A DNA stretch of 64,000 nucleotides, taken from the NCBI GenBank assembly GCA_026936335.1, contig JAPMXV010000056.1, positions 319,649-383,648 of the forward strand, read 5' to 3'. Both the position numbers and the translations under genes were made by a program. The DNA comes from Mantamonas sphyraenae STR306 (lineage: Eukaryota; Protista; CRuMs). This document shows positions 14,680 to 28,006 of this stretch, in pieces. The notes under the pieces are model-generated. The model was not told where the DNA came from and ran no database searches. It worked only from the letters and a program-made list of their open reading frames with translations. Position 1 is the stretch's first letter, and every line of letters starts with the position of its first letter.

Positions 14680-17577
14680 GATGGAGCAAGAGAGCAACAA
14701 CGGCGGCGAGGACGTGATGGCCATCTCCCTGCATACCAGCAGGGTGTCTGCGCCCTCTCCCGAAACAGCCAAGCAGCTGCAGGAGGAGATGCACAATGTA
14801 GCTGTGGAAGCTGGCAAAACACTGGCCGCCTCTGCCAAGCACACGCCGCACACGCAGGACACAGAACAGGCACAGGCACACGTGTCTGCCCCACACAGTA
14901 CAGATGAGAAGGAACAGGAGATGGATACAGCCAAAGAACAGAAGCAGGAAACCGCTCAGGAATCCTCGCGTGCAAACGCAAATAGCGGCGGCCTCGACGC
15001 GTACAACCCCACAGGTCTGACCTATCGCCAACAGTTGGCGCTCATCAAACGCATGGAAGAAGGTATGCACGAGGACACAGGACGCGTGTCAAGGCCATTT
15101 GCGAGCGGACGAGCAAGGGAGGCTGCGCCGCGGGCTTTTGGCGCCCTTTTTTTTTTTGGCGGGGTGATTTCGCTGACGTACAAACGGGGGACGGGTGTGC
15201 GACACAGATGCGACGATGAGCGAGGAGCAGCTGCAGGCGGAGATCAAGAGCCAGGTACTGCGCAGTAGCGGTGGACAACGGTGGAGAGTGACGACAGCAT
15301 GGAGGAGGAGAGCGAGGAGGAGAGCCGACGCAGACGACGAGCAGGGAAAAAACGCGCCAAAACACAGAACGAGGGAGAACGAGGCGGACGACGCAGCACC
15401 GCCGCAGAAATGGCAGCCAAGGTGGGCAAGCCCAAGTACCAGGCCAAAGGGGTCATCCAGAAGGACGGGGTATGGTACTTGCAGGTGGGAGCACGGCTGA
15501 TCGAACTTCCGCAGTACGAGACGTGGAGCAACGCCAAGAGCAAGGCTCTGGACTGCATCACCAGCAACCCCAACGCGTTCTTCTACCGACACACCACCGA
15601 CAGCCAGCTGACGGGCAAGTGGACGGTGGAGGAGATGCACTACTTCATCGAACTGCTGCAAACGAATCCGCCAGACAACCATTGGGGCCTGTTTGCCATG
15701 AATGTGCCGGGCCGTGTGGGCTACCAATGCCGTAACTTTTACCATCAGCTCCTGTCGCAGGGAGTGCTTCAGGATCCGGACTACCTGGACGACAACGGGC
15801 AATACATTGCCAAGAAGCGACGGGATCGCCCCAAGAACGCGCCGCACAAGATTGTGGTGACGGACAAGGCTATGGAGATTGCACGCGAGGTGGAGTCCAA
15901 GCCAGCTGCAGAGCGAAAGCGCCTGGAGGAGGATCTGCAACGTCGCATTCGCACAAAGCAGGCGTTCTGGAAGTCATTGTTTGCCAGCGACAAGGACGAG
16001 GAGGAAGAGGAGACACATGCGCAGGAGGAGAAGGGCAAGGCAAAACAGCAAGAGGTGATTGTGATTGGACGTGCAGCACGCCAGCGACGCAGACATCATT
16101 CCACAGACGGGGAACGGCGATCAAGCAGCAGCAGCAGCAACAGCAACAACAACAAGGAAGGGAAGGGATCACGGCGCAGCTCACGACGCACACGCTCACG
16201 GCGCAGCAGCATGGATGAGCAAGAGGACGAGGAGGACGAGGACGAGGACGAGGATGCGCTGACAGAGACAGAGGATGAGATGGCGATGGAGAGTGTGGGT
16301 CGTCGACGCGGACGACGTTCCATGACCGTGGCCAGCGAAGGCGAGGATGAGGAAGAGGAAGACAAAGACGAGGACAACGATGAACAGATGATGACGACGA
16401 CGGCCCAGGAGAGCGCTAGCAGGACAGATGAGAAGGTGCCCGTTCCCGTCATGCATGAGGTTGAAATGGAGACGGTCGCCGCCCCTCGCGGGCAAAAGCA
16501 GCCGAACAAGCAGAAGCAGGGCAAGCAGAGCAAGCAGGGAGGCAAGAAGAAGCAACAGAAAGAGAAGAAGGCCAAGGGTAGTCCCAGCAACAGCGGCAGG
16601 AAGCGAAAGGAGACGCATCAGGAGGAAGTGGAGACACTGGATGCGTCGTCCGTGTCAAGGCAACAGGGAGAGACGACGAACGACGACAGGATGGCGGTGG
16701 CACACAGTGTAGAGTCAGCACACAAGAAGCAGCGTGTGGGGCGCAACAACAACAGCAACAGCAAGGCAAAGCTGGCTCGAGAAGAGAAGGACTCTGGGAT
16801 GTTCGAGTTGGCCAACCTGTCTGAGGAGAACAGCCAGGTGACGATTCCGGTGCCTGTGGTGGCAGAGGTGGCCAGCAAGCCGATGAGCAGCGGCACTCGT
16901 CCGGTCAAGTTTGCACGCATCCGGGGTGTGGACAGCCCTCCGCGAGACCGCAACGGTATGGTGGTGGAGGTGGAAGCACGAACACCGAGCAATCTTGGAT
17001 CGCATGCTCTGTTCCACAGCCACGATACGGTGGCCACAACCGTGCCTGCAGTGTCAAGAAGCAGCAGCAGCAGCAGCAGCAGCAGGCGAGGCCGTCACTG
17101 CAGGCCACACAGGCAGTGGAAAACCTGCAGGCGGCACAGGGTAAGGACAGGGCATACCTGGAGGCACAGTACGAGATGCGATGCCAGCGATTGTTGAGCA
17201 TGTTTGAGAGCGAGATGCAACGCGAAGCGGCGATGGAGGGTCTGCAAACAAGCAAGCAGAGCCATGCAGAGAAGCAGAGCAAGTGGCAAAGCAAGATGGC
17301 GCCGTTTAGTGCGCTGGTGATGGCAGCGCAGTCTTTTGACCCTCGTCCGCAGATATCCGAGTCGGTGGAGCTGAAGCTGCGTCGCAAGTTCCACGACCTT
17401 GTGCACGAGCTCATGTACCGCTTCAACGACGAGGTGGACACTGTATACGCCATGCACAAGCAGCAGATGCAGCTTGTCTTTCGCCAGTATGGCGTCACGC
17501 TGCCCGTCGACGGGTACGTCACACGCCTTGCCCTGACGCTGCCCGAGGCGCTTGCCAGCGTGTTGGAGGGAGCGTGA
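14680..17577 (+). CDS. Myb/SANT-like domain protein with long acidic/basic low-complexity regions; intron 15063-15207; frame discontinuities near 15280 and 16950-17100
   Basis: NPNAFFYRH...GKWTVEEMHYF...WGLFAMNVPGRVGYQCRNFY; successive ORFs are collinear. Confidence 0.6.
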
Positions 17578-17663
17578 GTGTCATGAAACGAAAAATGAAC
17601 GGCAAAACCGCCATAACATCAACAACAACAACAACAAAGTGGGGATGCATTGACATGGATGGA

Positions 17664-19828
17664 TCACAGTGAAATGCTGCCCTGGCGAAAGTCGTTCTTG
17701 CCGATGAGACAGTTGACGAGGACGGGCACGCCGTTGCGAGCACACTCCTTGGCACGTGCGAGGGCGTCGGGCAGTTCGTCCTCACTGGTGACCAGGATGC
17801 CCTCTGCGCCAAAGCCCTTGACGACCTCGTGATAGGGCACAAAGCCGAGTTGGGTGGCGACGTCGTCCTCAAAGATTCGGATCTGGTCGCGGTACATCTG
17901 CTGCCAGCAGCCATCGTTGCCAACGAGGGCAATGATGGGCAACTTGTGGCGCACGTAGGTGTCAAACTCGGCAATGGTGTAGCCGCAGGAGCCGTCGCCA
18001 TAGACAATCCACACCTCGCTGTCGGGCTTGATGAGCTTGGTGGCCATGGCAAAGCCAGCACCCACACCCAGGGTGCCAAACGTGCCCGGGTCCAACCAGG
18101 AGAGCGGGGCACGGGGACGGGTGAAGTAGGCAGCGGTGGCAACAAAGTCACCGCCATCGCCAATCATGATGCTGTTGTCGTCCAGGGCCTGGTCCAGGGC
18201 AAGGCACACGTTGACTGGGTTCATGTACTCCTCGGTGGGCTGCGTGGCAAAGGCCTCCAGGTTGGCCTTGTACTTGTCGGTCTCGCGTGTGTGGCACGTG
18301 TCCACCCACTGCTCCCAACTCTTGCGATTGGGCTTCTTGGATCCCTTGGCCAGGCTGGCCTGGACGTCGACAATAAACTGGCCCGGATCACACAGGACAC
18401 CCAGGGTCGGGGCGCGGTTGTTGGACAGATCGTGGCTGGAGCGGTTGGCACTGATGACGGCCGTCTTGGACGGGATGCTGTAGCCATACTTCATGCGGAA
18501 GTCCAAGGGCACACCGGCCAGGATGACCAGATCGGACTCCTTGAGGGCCTTGCTGCGGTTGAGACGGAACTGGCAGGGATGGTTCTCACCCAGCAGACCA
18601 CGTGCCATGCTGGACAGCCACACGGGGATGCCCAGGGCATCGATGGCAGCCACGAGACGATCGATGTTGGAAGGCACAAGGAGGGCCTGGGAACTGACAA
18701 TGAGCATGGGCTTGGAGGCACGTGCAAGCATGGCAGCAGCACGCTGGACACTGCTGCGAGGGGGTTGCATGGGATCGACGGGAAGGGGTCGAGGCACACG
18801 CACCATGTCGGGCACCGTGGCAAACTGGTTGTCCATGTGATAGTCGGCATAGGTGGCAATGACCCTGCTGGTGAGGCTCTTGCCCTTGCCCAGCATGGAG
18901 AGCAGTTCACTGCGCACCTGCTTCTCCTCGTAGAGGACATCCAAAGGGAATTCGACAAAGACCGGACCCGGGGTGCCCTCCTGGGCCATGTAGAAGGCTT
19001 GTTCCAGGGTGGGCACAATGTCGCGGATGGTGGACACTGTGGCAGTGTACTTGACAATGGGGGCAAAAAGGGAGATTTGGTCGATGTCCTGCAGTGCACC
19101 ACGTCCCTTGAGCAGAGTGGGTGCACAGCCACCCATCAGCACCACCGGTGACTGGGCCATCTGTGCGTTCTTCACGGCTGTGATGGTGTTGGTCAAGCCG
19201 GGGCCTGCGGTGACAATTGCTGCGCCTGCCTTTCCCGTCAAACGGGCCGAGGCATCGGCCGCAAAGACCGTGTTCACCTCGTGGCGCACATCCACCACTG
19301 CATGACACGCAAGAGAGCGGAACGAGGGGGGAAAGGGGGGGAAGGGGGGAGGGCACAGGATCAGCACAGGCGGTGAGAAAGCGAGAGGCGGAGGAAGAGA
19401 AAACATGCGACCCAAAAACACGTGTGTGCGGCACGGTAACGAGACAAGAAGGAAGTGGTGGAGGAGGGGAAGGAGAGAGGGGGGAGGGGACAGGGGACAG
19501 GGGGGGCAGGGGATGGAGACATTCACGTACCGTTGATTCCCTTGGCCTTGGCGGCAACGAGGATGGGAGCAATGTGGCCACCGGTGAGGGTAAAGAGGTT
19601 GTCCACACCGTGGCTGACGAGGGCGTCCGCCACAAGCTGGCCACCGTATTCAAACTTGACAGCGTTGGTGCGCTTGTTGCTCTTGCCCATGAGCCAAAAG
19701 ACAAACACATAACGGTCGTTGGCGGCATAGCGGACAAGCTTGGAGAGGTAGTACAGCGCAGCTGCGGTCACGATGGCGTTGCGCAGCGACAAGTTGCTAT
19801 GGAAGAGCGACGAAATAGAGTTGCCCAT
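17664..19828 (-). CDS. ILVBL: Acetolactate synthase-like / 2-hydroxyacyl-CoA lyase 2 (TPP enzyme), intron ~19529-19298
   Basis: N-terminal TM; FTLTGGHIAPI, RHEVNTVFAADA, TAGPGLTN, GRGALQDIDQ, WLDPGTFGTLGVG, GDGS...GND. Confidence 0.93.
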
Positions 19829-19957
19829 TGTGTGTAGTGTGAAGGAAGTGGGGGGGGGGGGGGGGGAAGGAGGAGTGGGTGGGTGTGGATGTGGGTGTGG
19901 ACGTGTGGTTGCACGTGCGCACCCCCTACCAATCCACACACACACACACACCCAACA

Positions 19958-21069
19958 ATGAGCGACGAACAACTCGACTCTGCTCTGGATTTGATGCGCC
20001 GTCTGCCACCGCAGGATGTGGACGAGAACCTGGGCGGTCTGCTGGACCTGGTGCCGGATCTGACGGACGACCTGTTGGCCGCTGTGGACCAGCCCCTGCA
20101 GGTGGCTGTGGACTCGTCCGGCCGCGACTACCTGCTCTGTGACTACAACCGTGACGCAGACTCGTTCCGGTAGGTGCACACGTGGGCGCAAGGAGAGGCG
20201 AGGGGGAGGGCAAGGGCAAGCGAAAGAGGAGGCAGAAGCGAGAGAAAGAGAGAGAGAGAGGGTTGCGGCCAAGAGAAGCCCCCATTTTTCTCTTTTTCGT
20301 GAGAGCAAGTGCAGGAGAAGGAAGAGATGGCTGACACGGAAAGAGGGAATGGCACTCATGGGAATGTGTGCGTGTGTGTGTTCTGGCTCCAGATCGCCTT
20401 GGACCAACGAGTACGACCCGCCGCTGGAGGACGGAGCTGCTCCGACTGACGAGCTGCGAGAGCTGGAGGTGCAGCTGAACGACGCGTTCAACGCGTACCG
20501 TGAGCTGTACTACGACGGTGGCATCTCGTCGGTGTACCTGTGGGACACAGACGATGGATTTGCAGGATGCATCCTGATCAAGAAGTGTATGTGGCGTGCG
20601 AGGGAGGCGGGCAGGCGTTTTTTTTGCACGGGGAGAGGGAAAAACGTGGACGTGGATTGAGAACGGGGGAGCTGACACGCCATCACACACAGCCGCTGGC
20701 GTGGGCAACTGGGACTCGATCCATGTGATTGAGGTGGAGGACAACGGCAGCACGGCCAACTACCGTCTGACGTCGACGGTGATGCTGTTTATGAAGAGCG
20801 AGCTGAGCAAGGGTGGCGACTGCAACCTGAGCGGCTCCATGACGCGGCTGGCAACCAACGAGGGCCAGGGCGTGAGCAGCTCGACGCCGCACATTGTCAA
20901 CATCGGCAAGATGGTGGAGGACATGGAGATTAAGATGCGCAACACGCTGCAGTCGGTGTACTTTGAGCGCACCTTTGACATTGTCTACGAGCTGCGTTCG
21001 TACGAGCACTCTTCAGAGACCAAGCGACGCAAGGATCTGTCCAGCAAGGTGGCTGCCAACCTGGGATAA
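19958..21069 (+). CDS. CAPZB: F-actin capping protein beta subunit (introns 20170-20392, 20587-20692)
   Basis: [57 protein letters not shown]. Confidence 0.97.
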
Positions 21070-21228
21070 GCACACACTCACTTGAGTGCTCGCACACACA
21101 ATGCACATGCGCAGCTGGGATGGTTTTCTGGAGGGGGGGGCGACGTCACAAAGAAATGGAAGTGGAACCCGCTGCATTGTTGCCCATTGTTGCATGTGTG
21201 TGTTGGAGAGAGAGAAGGGAATGGATGG

Positions 21229-21963
21229 TCATGAACTGTTGTTGCTGTTGTCGGTGGTGGTGGTGGTGGTGGTGTCTGCTTGGGATGGTTCAGCAGGGAT
21301 GCCCTGTTCGGAAGGAGGCGACTGCTCAGAGTCCACCTTTCCGTCTTCCTCTGTGCTGTTGCTGCCCTTGCCCTGGTCTGGATTGCGGCTCCATGCCCAA
21401 TGGTTAAACTGTTGGGTGTACAACGTGCGTGCATACGCCGCCTGGAGCAGTTCCGTGCGGAAGCGCTCCTTTTGCAGCATGTCCAGCATGAGAAGACACT
21501 GCGGATACACAATGTACCGTGCATACTGCGGCTGTTTCCAGTAGCACAGGTAACGCAGGTAGTTGATCATCCGTGGGTCCTGCAACAGCTTGTTGACGGC
21601 GAGATCTGGGACGGCGTGCGCATTGGGATTGGAGGTCAGCGCAGCGAGGGGAAAAAACCCGGCACGTGCAAGCGTCCCACATCAGTCGGGTGGGAATTCA
21701 GTGCACGCGTGTGGAAACCCACAATGAAGATAGTCTGTGTTGGCCAGACACTGTACAAACTCCAGTTCGGCCTGGAAGCGACGGCGTTGTTGTTCGTTGT
21801 CCAGCTGCACGGAACGGACAACATACTGGGTGCCTGTGTCCTGTGAATGGCCCAGTGAAGAGGAGGAGGAAGAAGAGGCAGAGTGTGGTGCAGTGGCATC
21901 GTCTGCAGGAGTGGTGGTGTCACCGTGTACAGGCTCAGCATCCATGCCGTCCTCCACCTCCAT
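21229..21963 (-). CDS. MED31: Mediator subunit 31 (intron 21722-21606)
   Basis: RFQAELEFVQCLAN..YLHYLA, YLRYLCYWKQPQYARYIVYPQCL. Confidence 0.95.
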
Positions 21964-22005
21964 CACCCCCAAGACAAACACCGGGTGTGGGTTGATTTGG
22001 GCGCA

Positions 22006-23961
22006 ATGTCGGGCAAGCGGGCACATTCCATCCAGGAGTTTGCGGCACACACAGAAAAGATCAACTGTCTGAGCATTGGCAGGCGCAGCGGACGTGTCAT
22101 GGTCACCGGTGGCGACGACAAGATGGTGAACATCTTTGCCGTCGGCAAAACCACGGCCATCATGGTGGGTTGGCTGCAGGAATAGCCACAAGCAACGTGA
22201 TGGATGGTGTTGGCCCTGGTATGACTGACCCCATGGATCCATCCACAGAGTCTGAGCGGCCATTCGAGCGCGGTGGAATGCGTTTCTTTCGACGCGGCCG
22301 AGGAGGTCGTGGTGGCCGGCTCTTCCTCAGGCACACTCAAGATGTGGGACCTGGAACAGGCCAAAGGTGCGTTTGTTTTCTGTTGCAACAACATCATGCA
22401 ACACGCAGAACCACTGACAACCACGTATGCCGTGCGGCGTTCTCCCCCAAAAATCCCCTGAACCCTTCTTCGGCTCCCACCCAACACGGGCCCAGTGGTG
22501 CGTACGCTGACGGGCCACAAGGCCAATGCCCTCAGTGTGGACTTTCACCCCTACGGCGAGTTCTTTGCATCGGGTTCACTGGATACAAACGTCAAAGTGT
22601 GGGATATTCGACGCAAAAGGTGGGTTTGGCGCCAAATTTGGGCGCGAGCGAGACCCGGTGCTGCGGGCGATGGGCTGACAACCGGTGACACAGCTGCATC
22701 CAAACATACCGGGGCCACGAAGAGGGAGTGCGTGCGCTGACGTTCTCGCCGGATGGGCGCTGGCTGGTGTCTGGATGCGACGACGGCACAGCACGGCTAT
22801 GGGATCTGACGGCGGGCAAGCAGCTGTTCTCGTTTGAGCACGACGGGCCCGTGACCAGTCTGCAATTCCATCCCAACGAGTTTGTGCTTGCCACAGGCTC
22901 TGCAGACAAGACCGTCAAGTTCTGGGACTTGGAGGTATGGAAAGGGAGACACTCGCGTTGTGGGGACGCTGAAGAGGGGAGGTGGGGGGAAATGAGCACG
23001 TGTGTGTGTGTGGGTGGGTGGAGTTGTTGACGCAACACACACACACACACACGCACACGCACACACGCACACACTCACACGCTCAACACACGTGCACACA
23101 CAGAACTTTGAGTTGATTTCGCAGACGAGCAAGGACACGACTGGAGTGCGGACGATGGAGTTCAGCGAGGACGGAAGCTGCCTGCTGGCGGCCCATCAGG
23201 ACTCGCTCAAGGTGTGGCAGGTGGAGCCAGCGGAGAATCTGGATTCGCTGATGGTGCCCTGGAACAACATTGCGCAGCTGTCGATCACAGACAACAAGCT
23301 GTTGGGTTGTGCGTTCAACAACACGCTGGTGAGTGTGTGGCTGGTGAACCTGCAACGGGTGGCTCCGTTCTGCGACCTCAACAACACAACCACGCCTGTG
23401 TCGATCGTCTCATCGGATAAAGTGCAACGACGCGTGGACGAGGAGCGTCAGGCTGAAGAGGCACGTCGGGATCAGCTGCGTTCGCGGTACGAACCCAAAC
23501 AGCAGCAGAAGCAACAGCAGCAGCAGGATGATACGAACGGAAGAGGACGAGGCAGGGGATGGGGACGATGAGGCAGAGGAAGCACAGACACAGGGTTCAC
23601 ACGGGAGTGGCAGTGGACAGAAGCGGGTGCAGACACGAACCACAGTGACGTCGACGAGTGGCGAGAGTGTGACGACAGGGAACGAAGGAGGAGGAGGAGG
23701 AGGAGGCAGCAGCAGCCATTCGATTGCAGTGGGTGATTCGCAGCCATTGGATCAAGAGACACTGTCTGGGATCCGGCGGACGAGCGAAAGTGGTAAACAG
23801 CATGACCCATACAGGCTGTCGAACCGGAAAGAGCAGCGGTGGTGGTGACGACGAGTTTGCCAACATGGACGAGGAGACGGCGTTTGGATTGAGGAACAAA
23901 CGACGGGGTCAGGATGCAGTGGTGAACAAGCGAAACACAAGCAACGCGGGGATCGGGGCAG

Positions 23962-23997
<36 letters not shown>

Positions 23998-24671
23998 ACA
24001 GCGACAGCAGCAGTGGGAACAGTGGAAACAGTGGAAGGACAGATGGGATTGTGTCGTTGGGTGACCAGCCGGTGGGATTGGATCCGGAGGAGTTTATGCC
24101 GAGTGTGGGGGGCAAGGCAGGCAAGAGCAAGACTGCAAGCGAGGAGAGCATCATGGCAGAGGTGTTGGGAGACAACCTGGCCATCCAAGGAGTGGTGTCC
24201 AACAGGCTGACCAAGACCAAGGCTGTGTTGGGGCTGTGGAAACGGGGCGAATCGAGGGAAGCGATGGCGGCGCTGGTCAAAGCCAACGACACGGCGGTGT
24301 TGAAGGATGTGATGGATGCACTGCTGAGCCAACAGGGAGGGTTTACACTGGACATGGCAGTGGAGGTGTTGCCGCAGCTGCCTCAACTGCTCAACTCCAC
24401 GTACGAAGACCAGATTGTGACGGGACTGGAGGCGACCATGGGACTGGTCAAGGCGTTTGGGGCATTGATTTCCAACACGCGTGCAGCTGCCAAGAAGAGT
24501 GTGGGTGTGGACCTGTCCATGGAGGAGAGGCTGGAAAAGTGCAACACGTGCTACGAGGCCCTGGTGCTGATCTACAACCTCAGCAACAACCTGACCACAG
24601 CACAGGGCAAGGTGGGACCTGCAGCACGACAGACTGTGTCGCTGATGGAAACCAGTGTGATTGAGCCATGA
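22006..24671 (+). CDS. KATNB1: Katanin p80 WD40 subunit (about 4 introns; frame discontinuities in the linker at 23530-23820)
   Basis: [72 protein letters not shown]; con80 domain [13 protein letters not shown]. Confidence 0.93.
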
Positions 24672-24736
24672 GTGAATGAGGGGGAGGGGGGGGGGCCAGC
24701 GCAAATGGAAGCAAGGATTTTCGGAAAGAGACGACG

Positions 24737-27700
24737 ATGACAACGACGCGTTTTGTCATTGCGGTTGTGACCATCCTCGCCGTGAGCATGCTTGCCAGCG
24801 CAGATCTGTCTGCGGTGCGCAACGCCTACTTCCAGTCGTCGTCGGCAGCCGGTGCCGGCGGCGCAGTGAGCGTGCAGCCGGGCAAGAGCGCCTTCAGCGC
24901 GCTCCCCGGCTCCATTGGCGCCTTTCAGGCCCAGAACGGTGGCTTCCGCAACACGGCCGACGCCAAGGCGCCCGTGACCCTCGAGGCCACCGCACACGCT
25001 CTCTTCCTGAGTGCCCTGTATGGCCGCGCAAGCGAGGTAAGCTGCAAAGCGGGCGGGAGCCACGTGGCAAAATTTGTGAACCGTGGAGCCGGCGCTGTGA
25101 CACGGACACTGACACCCTCCTCGCACCCTCCCAGCCCCACGTGCGCACCTACGAGGCAGCCCGCTACCTGGCGTCGCTGCAGAACGGAGACTATGGGTAC
25201 GGAAAGGCACGTGGACGTGCGTCGGACCTGACCTCGGTGTACCTGAGTCTGTTGGGCTTGTCGTACGTGGGCCAGCCGCCCAGCAACCCGGAAAAGGTGG
25301 CCGCGTTTGTCAACAACAACTTTGACAGCGAAAAGGGCATGTACCACAGCCTGGGCTACGACGTGTCCATCAAGGCATCGGCCCACGCCGTGCTGGCTCT
25401 GCAGCTGCTGCAGCAACAGCCCTCGTCGGCCATTGTCACCGGCTTGCATGCGACCCTGGACGCCGCCGCCAAGAGCGACGGTTCCTTTGACTTTGACGAT
25501 TCGTCGCTGAGCAAGGTGAGTGTGTGTGTGAAGCCTGTGTGGGAGTGTGTGCACACGCGTGGCCGTCTGTGGGGCGTGCGGGGCGGGAAACGACGGAAGC
25601 CCCCACACGCGCCAGAGGGAAATCAGACATTGTCGCGCGGTTGGCGAAAGACGTCGACAAACACCAAAAAGGCAGCAAGCTGACACCGAATGCGTGATGG
25701 AACAACGACATCGCCACACACACACCACCATGTGCACACAGGTGGCAGCCATCCACTATGCTGTGACGGTTGCAGCAGGCAGCAAGTACACGCTGAAGGC
25801 AGCGCAGAACACAGCCGACCTGCTGGCCAGCGAACTGGACTCGGGCGTGCTGTCGCTCGTGGACACACAGCGTGCCATCGGTGCGCTCAAGACGCTCAAG
25901 GCCGAGTTTGGCGTGTCGGCTGAGTTTGACGTGGAGGCGTGCCTGGCACGCGTGCAGGCTGGCGTGAAGGATGTGGTGTCTGCCGGCACGGCGCATCTGG
26001 CCTTTGCCCAGATGCCCAACGACCTGTTTGCCAACAGCTTTGTGGCCAAGGCGTCGTACGAGGTGCTGGACGCCCAGGCGGTGCAGTCGCACATCCCAGA
26101 GGGCACTCAGGTGAAGCCCGTGCTGCGTGTGAGCAACCAGGACGGATTGGCCCACGAGAACCTTGCCGTGAGCCTGCGTCTCAACGACGCCGACCCGGCC
26201 AAGCTGGCCTGGGACAAGAGCAGCCGTGGCTACCAGCATGGCGAGTTTATCGACACCAAGCGTCGTCTGGGCAAGGCCGACTTTGCCTACAGCATGGCCT
26301 ACGAGGTGGCAGGGCTGGGCAAGGTGGAGTTGTCGCTGTTGGATGCAAAGACCATTGGGTATGGAGTGGAGGTGAATGCGGAGGCCACCCTGAACGGACG
26401 CCGCGTGGAGGAGGGAGAGGCAGTGAGCATGGGCACGGAGTTTGACTTTGCCCTGACGCTGAGCAACAAGGACGAGAGCAACATCCGCTCGGGTGACTTT
26501 AAGGTGCACTTTGCCGTGTTGGATGCATCGGACGTGGTGGTGCACGAGGAAACCAAGGCGGCGGGAGGCGAGATTGCCTTTGGCTGGACGCTGGCCGCCG
26601 AGGTGAACATGCCCTCGGGAGCCGTCAAGTTCCGCTTCCAGGTCTCCAACGCAGGCGTGGGCGTGCACACGACGGTGGTCAAGAGCTACGCATTCACCGT
26701 GCCCATGGTGGCCTCGCAGATTGTGTTTACGGGCTTCTCGCGCAACGACGCAGCCGAGTACAAGCTGGGCGAGACGGTGCAGGTGTCGATGGTGCCTGCG
26801 TCGACGCCGGACCTGCGCTCACTCAACGCATTTGGCGTGGAGAGCATGGAGGCACGCACGTTTGTGATGGACGTCAAGACGGTGGGTGGCTACCTGTTGG
26901 CGAGCAGCAAGGGCGTGGGCAGCGGCGACCAGGAGGGACACGCCAAGTACACGTTTGACATGGAGATTGCATCGAGTTTGGACATGGTGGGCACCAGCAT
27001 GATCAGCTTCCGCTACGAGACGGCGGAGGGTGAGAGTGTGGAGCTGCAGTCGTACGACTCGTTCTACGGCGAGCTGTTTGAAGACACCAGCTCGCTCAAC
27101 TTTACGGTGGAGGCGTCGCTGGTGGTGGACGAGGTGACCAAGGAGCCGCAGAGCAGCAGTGTGGTGTACGGCACGGAGCTGGAATTTGGCTTTGGCGTGA
27201 AGGACACCAAGAGCGGCGTGGCGGTGAAGAACGGCAAGAGTGGACGCGTGGAGATTGCACTGCAGTACGCCATGCAGAACGGCAAGCTGTTTACGAGCAT
27301 GAGCAAGGCGGCTGTGGAGGAGCGCACGGGCGGATTTGCAGCCACGTGGGTGGTGGATCCCAACGCAGTGCGCGGCAAGGCGGTGCTGTCGGTGCTGGCC
27401 AAGAACGCGGACGGCGTGTTGCTGCCCCTGACACGCAAGGGCAGCAACAAGGCGGTGTCGTATGCTGTGGAGATTGGCGGCGACATCGACGTGCAGTCGC
27501 AGTCGTACTCGACGTCGACGCAGGAGTCGCGCGAGACTGTGTTTGCTGTGGAGTTTGACCTGTTCTGCAAGGGCCAGAAGCTGCGTGACGCGCAGCTGGT
27601 GGTGGACGTGGTGCTGGACAACGGTGGCGCCCAGGGCGAGGCTGTGGTCCAGCAGGCTCTGCCTGTGCTGGTCAACGAGTCGGGCAGCTACCAGGTGAGC

Positions 27701-27961
27701 TGGGCGCTGAAGCACGAGCAGGCCCCGACTGGCAACTACCAGCTGCAGTTCTACCGTGAAGTGGACATGAAGAAGCAGCAGCAGAGCGCCAAGGGCTTGC
27801 CCAGCGCCCCGCTGACGCCCGTGTTTACCCTTGTGGTGGAACACACCGCCGCCCAGAGCATGGACCAACTTGTGCGCTCGCACTCGGTGGTCATTGTGCT
27901 TCTCACTGCCCTGGTGCTGTATCTGCAGGGCCAGAAGAAGGAGCTGTTTGCACGTGGATGA
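24737..27961 (+). CDS. ~966-aa ER type I membrane protein: ribophorin II-like N-terminal part plus TRAP-delta (SSR4)-like C-terminal domain; exons 24737-25036, 25135-25515, 25742-27961
   Basis: Signal peptide; helical alpha/alpha region then beta-rich domains; C-terminal ETVFAVEFDLFCK, YQVSWALKH..A..GNYQLQFY, PVFTLVVEH and a single TM match SSR4; all exon lengths are multiples of 3. Confidence 0.7.
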
Positions 27962-28006
27962 TTTGAGCGAGCAAAGGGGAATGGAAAAGGATTTCGGATT
28001 TCGATT

